Shown here piece after piece: positions 15,062-20,724 of a stretch of DNA of 22,665 bases. The position numbers were made by a program, and so were the translations under genes. This stretch comes from a virus, in the IMG/VR virus record IMGVR_UViG_3300029846_000266, positions 1 through 22,665 of that record; one strand, 5' to 3'. The notes under the pieces were generated by a model, which ran no database searches, had not been told where the DNA came from, and saw only the letters and a program-made list of their open reading frames with translations. Position 1 is the stretch's first letter; each line of letters opens with the position of its first letter.

Positions 15062-15517
15062 TTGATAAAAGCACCCAGGCAACGCCGAGCCAAGCCCCGC
15101 AAAAAAAGGGGGGGGGAAGGTGTAACGACTGGACACGGGGCATCCCACGTGGATGAAGGCACAGTCTGAACTCACGGGCGACCGTGAGAGGCAGGCAGAA
15201 ATGACTTGCCCGCGCCGTCAGGCGAAGTAACAATATGGATGTCTAGCGTAAGTATGAACGATGACATTGGTTACATTTCCGGCATGCTTTCTGGTATTAG
15301 CACTGTCAACACACTTACAGCCAGCATTATCAACCCCATAGATATTACTGGTGTAACATTAGCGAGCGAGGTGGTCACATCGCCCTGCTGCCCGGCGACG
15401 GGCGGTATGCACTCCGTAAATTCGGCGAAAATCTGGGTGCTCTTATCGACAAACTGGGCAAGCCTTGCTTAAATTTGTTCCATCCCGCCCGCGCTCATCC
15501 AGCGCGGGCTTTTTATT
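15062..15517 (+). ncRNA. Candidate ~450-nt plus-strand transcript without a convincing ORF (a possible structured RNA or a decayed gene)
   Basis: The unit is bounded by the promoter above and an intrinsic terminator. It contains hairpins at 15141-15155, 15171-15188 (GCGA loop) and 15390-15403 (GCGA loop). No in-frame ATG has an SD. Confidence 0.35.
15488..15517 (+). terminator. Intrinsic terminator (CCCGCGCT-CATCC-AGCGCGGG + CTTTTTATT), plus strand only
   Basis: An 8-bp perfect stem is followed by a T-run. There is no T-run on the opposite strand. Confidence 0.75.
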
Positions 15518-15543
15518 ACCGCCGCTCACGTCCTCACCTCCTC

Positions 15544-15572
15544 TTGTCCGCCTCCGCGCCCGGTGGTAAAAT
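15544..15572 (+). promoter_or_regulatory. Second extended -10 promoter (TTGTCC-N17-TAAAAT, with TGg before the -10)
   Basis: Read directly from the sequence. It lies 25 nt upstream of the ATG of the 70-aa ORF. Confidence 0.5.
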
Positions 15573-15597
15573 CATCCGGAAGGGAGGTGACGATATG

Positions 15598-15810
15598 GCA
15601 TCTATTCGCCAGTACGATAAACCTTGGACTTGCGCCAAATCCGGACATGAAGAAAAGTTCGCCGTATACCTGTTGGCAGCGGATGACGGCACAATTCTTG
15701 ATGTCAAAGAGAATGGCTGTGAGAACATGGACGGAAGTGACGAATGCAACTCATGTCGCGCTCATGTTCTCCAGCAGCTCTATGAGCTCCACCTCGGTCA
15801 TCGGCTCTGA
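15598..15810 (+). CDS. Small Cys-containing protein (70 aa, MASIRQYDKPWTC...)
   Basis: A strong SD (GGAAGGGAGGTGA) lies 5 nt upstream of the ATG. The gene has its own promoter. The listed ORF starting at 15475 is an artefactual extension. Confidence 0.55.
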   Translation, partial: ASIRQYDKPWTCAKSGHEEKFAVYLLAADDGTILDVKENGCENMDGSDECNSCRAHVLQQLYELHLGHRL

Positions 15811-16029
15811 TAAGCGGATCGTGTGCGCCCGGTCATATGCCGCTGGCAAAAGTCCGCGGCGCACAAGTATTTCCGACAGGCAGACAATGGCGCCGTAAGC
15901 TTCTTCCGCGTGCGGCGTGTCCCTTGTGAACGCCTCCAGTGCGAACAGATACGCCTCTATGTATCTCCTGTCCCGTGTTTCGGAGTTCGGATACTCCCTG
16001 TCAAAGCCGACAAGTTCAAGTGCGCTCAC
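15751..16029 (-). CDS. Hypothetical early protein (92 aa, GTG start)
   Basis: SD TAAGGAGGTGAGGAC lies directly before the GTG at 16027-16029. The gene follows the second XRE gene in the early operon. Confidence 0.55.
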   Translation of the reverse strand: MSALELVGFDREYPNSETRDRRYIEAYLFALEAFTRDTPHAEEAYGAIVCLSEILVRRGLLPAAYDRAHTIRLSEPMTEVELIELLENMSAT

Positions 16030-16041
16030 GTCCTCACCTCC

Positions 16042-16245
16042 TTACTGCGCCGTCTGTTCCACAGGCAGTTCAAATAGCTTCTCGATGTTACACCCAAGCA
16101 CATTGGCAAGTTTGGGAAGCACCGCGCTTTTTGGCGAACTTATACCGCGCTCCCATTTGGCAATGGTCGAGCGATCTACTCCCATTGCTCGTGCTAAGTC
16201 AACTTGCCTTAACCCCGCCTCTTGTCTGAGCCGTGCTATATTCAT
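16042..16245 (-). CDS. XRE-family HTH protein (67 aa from MNIARLRQEAGL)
   Basis: The HTH is LRQVDLARAMGVDRSTIAKWERG. ATG 16243-16245 lies 7 nt after GAAGGAGG. Confidence 0.75.
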   Translation of the reverse strand: MNIARLRQEAGLRQVDLARAMGVDRSTIAKWERGISSPKSAVLPKLANVLGCNIEKLFELPVEQTAQ

Positions 16246-16253
16246 TGCAATTG

Positions 16254-16346
16254 CCTCCTTCGCTATGTGAAAATGTGCGATATTGGAAACTTTTACGCTA
16301 TGTCCTCTTTCGCTATGTAAAAATGTGCGATAATGGAAACTTTTAC
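16254..16346. repeat. Direct repeat, 2 x 43 bp at 50-bp period (40/43 identical), containing three copies of CGCTATGT
   Basis: The two units are 16254-16296 and 16304-16346. The repeat sits between the two XRE genes and includes the SD of the downstream gene and the stop of the upstream gene. Confidence 0.9.
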
Positions 16347-16561
16347 TGCGCCTGTATCGGAGCAAACAGCTCGTCAATGCTTACATTCAGTGCCCCCGCA
16401 AGCGTGGGTATTTCATCTCCGTACACAGGGCGCTTGCAGTTGAGGATCCTGGAAAGGGTGTCTTTTCTCATTCCGGTTCGCTCTGCAACAACTTTTTGCA
16501 TTCGCCCTTCTTGCTCGATGATTCTCTTAAGATTTCTATTAACGATGTAGCTCTTTTCCAT
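16343..16561 (-). CDS. Cro-like XRE-family HTH protein (72 aa)
   Basis: This is the first gene of the leftward operon, divergent from the CI-like gene. The HTH is QKVVAERTGMRKDTLSRILN. Confidence 0.75.
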   Translation of the reverse strand: MEKSYIVNRNLKRIIEQEGRMQKVVAERTGMRKDTLSRILNCKRPVYGDEIPTLAGALNVSIDELFAPIQAQ

Positions 16562-16601
16562 TTAATCGCCCCCAACTCAACATACAATAGAATTTGTATC
16601 T

Positions 16602-16630
16602 AATATACTCTACGTTCCGTTGAGTGTCAA
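16602..16630 (-). promoter_or_regulatory. Leftward early promoter (TTGACA-N17-TATATT)
   Basis: Read on the minus strand: -35 at 16625-16630 and -10 at 16602-16607. Confidence 0.6.
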
Positions 16631-16661
16631 GCTATATTTTTTGCGTTAGCTCAATTTCCCG

Positions 16662-16689
16662 TTGACTTTTGCCCAACTACATGTATAAT
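16662..16689 (+). promoter_or_regulatory. Rightward repressor promoter (TTGACT-N16-TATAAT)
   Basis: Read on the plus strand. It lies 21 nt upstream of the ATG of the CI-like gene, which has SD AAGGAG. Confidence 0.6.
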
Positions 16690-16709
16690 CAATCCAAGGA
16701 GTTGATTGC

Positions 16710-17201
16710 ATGAGTGTCACCGAAATAGGGCGGAGGCTCAAAAAAGCACGCCTTGACGCGAAAATGACGCAAGCCGAGGCTGCCAGGAATCTAGGAGTAT
16801 CGTTTCAGACAATAAGCAGTTATGAGCGCGGGATAAACCGCGTCGATAGTGACACACTTATGAAACTGTGCGCTATATATAAGACCTCCGTGGGCGAATT
16901 GCTGAGAACTCCGGCATGGTCAAAAGATATGCGCGAGGAATATGAACGTGCTTCCGAAGAACGTAAAGACCGACTTATCGAGTTATGGGGCTGTCCCGAC
17001 TTCCTCATTGAACGGGAAAATCAGAAGCGTGAACCGGACACGTCACATCTATCTGCTTTAGATGAAGCCATCCTTTATGCTTATCATAGAGCCACGAAGG
17101 AGGACCGGGAAATGTTCGATAATTTAGTCCGTCGCTATGTGCCCTCCTTTGAAGGTGAGCAAGAGGACCCCGCAGATCAGGCACCGGCAAGTGCAGGCTG
17201 A
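16710..17201 (+). CDS. CI-like prophage repressor, XRE-family HTH (163 aa)
   Basis: The HTH is MTQAEAARNLGVSFQTISSYERG. A C-terminal non-HTH domain is present, and the gene is divergent from the early operon. Confidence 0.8.
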   Translation: MSVTEIGRRLKKARLDAKMTQAEAARNLGVSFQTISSYERGINRVDSDTLMKLCAIYKTSVGELLRTPAWSKDMREEYERASEERKDRLIELWGCPDFLIERENQKREPDTSHLSALDEAILYAYHRATKEDREMFDNLVRRYVPSFEGEQEDPADQAPASAG

Positions 17202-17224
17202 TTGACTTCAACGAATACAAGAAA

Positions 17225-17248
17225 AAGCGCGGCCTGTAGCCGCGCTTT
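17225..17248 (+). terminator. Hairpin after the repressor gene (AAGCGCGGC-CTGTA-GCCGCGCTT); a weak terminator
   Basis: The stem is a perfect 9 bp. Only TTT follows on the plus strand. Confidence 0.4.
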
Positions 17249-17287
17249 GGGAGGAGGTGTTATGCAACGTCCGCTGCTCTAGAAGTT

Positions 17288-17677
17288 TTGGGTTTAACCT
17301 TTGCGCTATATGTCGTAGGCAGGCTACTGGCGAACTATGAAATGTATCGAGAGGATCAGGAAAAAGATGATTTTCTAAACAAGCTGCTTGCAGGGGCTGC
17401 TTGTTTATGCTTCTATTTAGGTATTATATCGACCGGCATTGTGTATCTGGTCCAGATATACCCACGAAAAAGACTAGAGAAAATCGTTAGCCGTGAAACC
17501 CGGGAGGAATGCGAAAAACACCATGAAATCGAAATTAATGCTCTAAAGCGAGAGCTGCACAGCATAAAAAAAGAGATGGGCTTTCAAGAAGCGCTCTGGA
17601 AAGACCGCGAAATCCGCTACAAGTATAAAATCGAGGCATTGCAGTACGAGCTCTCTCAGCGCTGTGGGCGCCAATAA
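17288..17677 (+). CDS. Membrane protein with a C-terminal coiled coil (129 aa, TTG start); possible superinfection-exclusion or lysogenic-conversion function
   Basis: It has two hydrophobic segments (LTFALYVVGRLL and LLAGAACLCFYLGIISTGIVYLV) followed by a charged heptad-like region. It lies downstream of the repressor on the same strand. Confidence 0.5.
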   Translation: MGLTFALYVVGRLLANYEMYREDQEKDDFLNKLLAGAACLCFYLGIISTGIVYLVQIYPRKRLEKIVSRETREECEKHHEIEINALKRELHSIKKEMGFQEALWKDREIRYKYKIEALQYELSQRCGRQ

Positions 17678-17704
17678 AAAAGCCGCCCCTCCCGAGGCGG
17701 CTTT
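17676..17704. terminator. Bidirectional intrinsic terminator between convergent genes
   Basis: AAGCCGCC-N8-GGCGGCTT is flanked by an A-run on the left and TTTGGTT on the right. The T-run is strong when read on the minus strand. Confidence 0.7.
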
Positions 17705-17710
17705 GGTTGA

Positions 17711-18187
17711 CTATTTTCTTCGTTCAAGCAGCTTGTCCCTAATCATTATTCTCCCTGCTGTGTCTGATAACCTGCCAGATTTGAGAAGCTGCAAATACCT
17801 CATAGCTTTACTGCGTACTTTGCGAATCTGGTTTTGGTTTCTGCTTATGTAATGGCGTCGGTCGATAAGAAACGGCTCTTTAATGTATGATTCATCAATG
17901 GGTATCATTTCACTTATCAGAAACACTCTTTCGCGCGATGCTATTTCTCCAATGTGGTAATAAATACAGTTGCCTTCGCCACGCTTCTGCTCCTCTCTGG
18001 CAATTTTCTTCTTGTAGTTTTCTACTTGGCTGCTCAAAGGGATGGCCCAATCTATTCCGTCGTGGTCTTTCAAAAGATAATAGAACGGCCTGTTTTCGCA
18101 TTTATTTTGAATGAGATACTTATTGGAAAACTCAACAAAGTACCTGTCCTGCACCTTATAAAGTCCGTTTTCTATCAGCCGCTCCAT
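17711..18187 (-). CDS. ToxN/AbiQ-family (type III toxin-antitoxin) endoribonuclease-like toxin (158 aa)
   Basis: By-eye similarity to ToxN: LYKVQDRYFVEF..NK.ENRPFYYLL...WAIPLSSQ versus FYTISSKYIEYL...KAFIGIVL...YLAPLTSPK, plus a shared MIPI motif. The size is typical and SD is GGGGAG. Confidence 0.65.
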   Translation of the reverse strand: MERLIENGLYKVQDRYFVEFSNKYLIQNKCENRPFYYLLKDHDGIDWAIPLSSQVENYKKKIAREEQKRGEGNCIYYHIGEIASRERVFLISEMIPIDESYIKEPFLIDRRHYISRNQNQIRKVRSKAMRYLQLLKSGRLSDTAGRIMIRDKLLERRK

Positions 18188-18196
18188 TCTCTATCT

Positions 18197-18231
18197 CCCC
18201 AAAAAAGAAGCCCTCCGCATGGGCAGAGGGC
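18197..18231 (-). terminator. Intrinsic terminator immediately upstream of the toxin SD
   Basis: On the minus strand, GCCCTC-N10-GAGGGC is followed by TTCTTTTTT, ending 10 nt before the ATG. Confidence 0.75.
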
Positions 18232-18373
18232 CTTTCTAGCCTGGTTCTTATACCCCGCACTCAGGCAAGCGGCCGTCGTAAGCAAGTCGCACTTTTATAG
18301 GCCGCTGGCGACAGGCGGCATAAGGCAATGACGGCGAACTTTGTTCGTGTCTGTGGAAAGCAATTGCTTCCCT
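18232..18373 (-). ncRNA. Candidate ~140-nt leader / antitoxin-position RNA (no tandem repeats)
   Basis: The segment lies between the predicted promoter and the terminator and has no ORF. Short helices occur at 18330-18335/18272-18277 and 18301-18319. Confidence 0.4.
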
Positions 18374-18379
18374 ATTGCC

Positions 18380-18408
18380 ATCATACGCTATTGTATTTCA
18401 AATTGCAA
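18380..18408 (-). promoter_or_regulatory. Promoter for the leader-toxin unit (TTGCAA-N17-TATGAT)
   Basis: Read on the minus strand. Palindromes lie nearby: ATTGCAAT at 18402-18409, ATGAATTCAT at 18411-18420 and AAGCAATTGCTT at 18358-18369. Confidence 0.5.
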
Positions 18409-18483
18409 TAATGAATTCATGTTTTTCTGAGCTTTCTGCTCTAGACAGTAATTTCTTTTACAGCATGTCAGTTCAGATATTTC

Positions 18484-20010
18484 ATGTTATTTAAAACAAT
18501 TCAAATTCAAGAAGGTGATGCTGTGTCCAACATGATGTATCTCCGCAAGAGCCGCGCGGAGGAGGGGCAGAGCACGGAGGAGGTGCTCTCGAAGCACCGG
18601 GCCGCGCTGGAGGAACTGGCCGACCGGCTCGGCCTGCCCGTGGACGGGGTGTATGAGGAAGTGGCGTCCGGTGAAAAGCTCTATGCGCGCCCGGAAATGC
18701 TCAAGCTGCTCGAGCGCATCCGGGCCGGCGAGGTAGAGGCCGTGCTGTGCATGGACATCGACCGCCTCGGGCGCGGCGGCATGGCTGACCAGGGCACCAT
18801 CCTGGACGCCTTCCGCGAGTCCGGCACGCTGATAATCACGCCTGAGAAAACCTATGACCTCACAAATGACGTCGATATCGAGATGACGGAGTTCAAGGCG
18901 TTCTTCGCCAGAGCCGAGTGGCGCGCCATCCGCAAGCGCATGCGCCGCGGCCTGATGCAGACCATAGAGGCAGGCGGCTACACGGCCAACGCGCCCTACG
19001 GCTACCGCCGCTGCCGCATCGGCAAGCTGCCATCGCTGGAGGTCATTCCCGAGGAAGCGCGTTTCGTGCGCTATATCTATGAGCGTTACCTCGCCGGTAT
19101 CGGCGCGCAGACCATAGCGCAGGAACTCAACGCCATGGGGAGCACCCCACGACGCGGGGCCGAGTGGAGCCGGAACACGGTGCGGCACGTACTGCGCAAT
19201 CCCACCTTCGCCGGTAAAGTCGCCTGGAACCGCGTGAAGCACTACCGCCCCGGAGCTCACGGGAAGGAAACGCACCACGTCGTTTACACCCCGGTGGGCG
19301 AGTGGCTGATGGTGGACGGCGTGCATGAAGCGATCATCCCATGGAGCACCTGGCTTGAAGCTCAGGAGCGCCGGAAGCAGCGATACATACCGCCCAGCAA
19401 CACTGGCCAGCGCGCAAACCCCTTCGCCGGCATCATCCGCTGCTCGAAGTGCGGAAACAATATGCAGCGCATGGGGACTAACAAAGGCGAGCCGTATCTG
19501 CTGTGTACCACAAAGGGCTGTACCGCCGGTGCGAAGTTCGAGTATGTAGAGGAGCGCATGGTCGAGCTGCTGTATGACGAGCTTGCCCGGCTCCGACTTC
19601 TCATAGACTCGGGCGCCGCGCCAAATGTTGACGCGCTGGAAGCCGCCCTTGCAGCCGCGCAGCGCGAGCTGGAGCGCGTACAGGCCCGCATCCCGCGTCT
19701 GTATGAATTCCTCGAGGACGGCACCTATGACCGCGCCACGTTCCGCTCAAGGCTCGACGCCGCCGAAAAAGAGCTTTCCGAGCTTGCGAGCAAGCGGACA
19801 GACCTCGAGCGCCAGATAGATGAGCGCCGCCGCAGCGACCCGCGCAAAGTCGCCGCCGCATTGGAGAATCTGGTCCAGCTCTACCCCACTATGTCCCCGG
19901 CCGACAAGAACAGTGCCCTAAAAGCACTCGGTGTGGAAGTAACCTACACCAAAGAGAAGAAAACCAAACCCCGCGACTTCACCCTGGAGCTCCAGCTCCG
20001 CGATTTTTAA
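18484..20010 (+). CDS. Large serine recombinase (phage integrase)
   Basis: The N-terminal resolvase domain has YLRKSRAEE (Ser nucleophile) and DIDRLGRGG. A recombinase domain (ARFVRYIYERYLAG..TIAQELN), a zinc ribbon CSKCGN...CTTKGC and a C-terminal coiled coil follow. The true start is probably GTG 18523 (after GAAGGTGA) or ATG 18532. Confidence 0.9.
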   Translation: MLFKTIQIQEGDAVSNMMYLRKSRAEEGQSTEEVLSKHRAALEELADRLGLPVDGVYEEVASGEKLYARPEMLKLLERIRAGEVEAVLCMDIDRLGRGGMADQGTILDAFRESGTLIITPEKTYDLTNDVDIEMTEFKAFFARAEWRAIRKRMRRGLMQTIEAGGYTANAPYGYRRCRIGKLPSLEVIPEEARFVRYIYERYLAGIGAQTIAQELNAMGSTPRRGAEWSRNTVRHVLRNPTFAGKVAWNRVKHYRPGAHGKETHHVVYTPVGEWLMVDGVHEAIIPWSTWLEAQERRKQRYIPPSNTGQRANPFAGIIRCSKCGNNMQRMGTNKGEPYLLCTTKGCTAGAKFEYVEERMVELLYDELARLRLLIDSGAAPNVDALEAALAAAQRELERVQARIPRLYEFLEDGTYDRATFRSRLDAAEKELSELASKRTDLERQIDERRRSDPRKVAAALENLVQLYPTMSPADKNSALKALGVEVTYTKEKKTKPRDFTLELQLRDF

Positions 20011-20025
20011 CCGCCATATTTATAA

Positions 20026-20060
20026 AACGGTCAGTCTTATGACAAAGACTGCATAGAAGA
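20026..20060. other. Candidate phage-host junction (hybrid att site) with the inverted repeat CAGTCTT-N6-AAGACTG
   Basis: The inverted repeat arms are at 20032-20038 and 20045-20051. Codon third-position GC changes around 20055-20060. Confidence 0.35.
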
Positions 20061-20724
20061 CCTCCGGGTTTACCCCACCGTCGGGTCCCAGACCTACATA
20101 GACAACGCCTTCAGCGTCCGGCCCAAGAGCGCGGAGCTGCTGTATGCCGAGGTGAACGTCGAGGCCATCACCTTCAACAAGGGCTATTACACCGTAGACG
20201 TCACATATTTCTACAAGATAACGGGCGAGACCTTCCCCGGCGGGAACACCGTCACGGGACTCGCCATCTTCGACAAGCGCGTCATGCTCTGCGGCGGCGA
20301 GGGCACGGTAAAGACGTTCTCGTCCGACCTGTGCGACTGCAGCTGCGTGGACGACGGCATGCCCACCGCCTACGTCGAGGCCGTCGACCCCATAGCGCTG
20401 CACCTCAAGCTCGTAGACGCCAACTGCAACGTCTGCTGCGACAACGACAGACACGACATCCCGGCCTGCATCCTCGCCCGCTTCGGTGAGGCGCTGGTCA
20501 CCACCGACACCGGCCGCAGGCTGTATGTCACCCTCGGCCAGTTCTCCATCATCCGCCTTGAGCGCGACACCCAGCTGCTCATCCCGGCCTACGATTACTG
20601 CGTGCCCGAGAAGGAATGCGCCGGCGGCCGCTGCAACGACGACCCCTGCGAGATCTTCTCCCAGATCCGCTTCCCCGTCGAGGAGTTCTTCCCCTCCGGC
20701 GACTGCACCACGACCACCAGCTGA
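20026..20724 (+). pseudogene. 3' portion of a Cys-rich gene apparently split by the prophage. The frame is open from 20026, and the first possible start codon is GTG at 20152.
   Basis: 42 in-frame sense codons precede the first ATG/GTG/TTG. They have high GC3 from about 20059 onward and no SD anywhere. The frame opens 16 nt after the integrase stop. Confidence 0.5.

Larger units (their letters stand above)
1..20025. mobile_element. Integrated temperate phage (partial; right arm and right end). The left part lies beyond the window.
   Basis: The region shows colinear phage modules: terS-terL-portal-scaffold, an early operon, a CI/Cro-type switch and a serine integrase. A start-less ORF begins immediately after the integrase stop. 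Confidence 0.85.

Noticed and set aside
14951-15169. A 72-aa plus-strand ORF running through the A7G9 tract, considered as a phase-variable coding sequence.
   Set aside because: The ORF begins upstream of the only plausible plus-strand promoter, has no SD, and has an implausible translation. The tract is therefore reported as an RNA/DNA feature only.
15206-15472. A listed 88-aa plus-strand ORF, considered as a small secreted or bacteriocin-like peptide.
   Set aside because: It starts at TTG, and neither it nor the in-frame ATGs at 15239 and 15254 have an SD. The frame shows no clear codon bias, and a different frame shows the GC3 signal. I treat it as part of the candidate RNA or decayed-gene unit instead.
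16254-16346. The direct repeats, considered as a mini CRISPR array.
   Set aside because: There are only two copies separated by 7 bp, so no spacer-sized unique sequence exists. There are no cas genes and no repeat palindromicity.
18188-18483. A search for a ToxI-like tandem repeat array, or a tRNA used as an attachment site, upstream of the toxin.
   Set aside because: Manual comparison at plausible periods (about 30-60 nt) gave only short chance matches, such as TTGCCT 60 nt apart. No T-loop (GTTCGAATC-like) or cloverleaf is evident. This needs computational confirmation.
18487-19326. A 279-aa minus-strand ORF inside the serine recombinase gene.
   Set aside because: It is antisense to a gene with unambiguous resolvase, recombinase and zinc-ribbon motifs, and it has shadow-frame composition.
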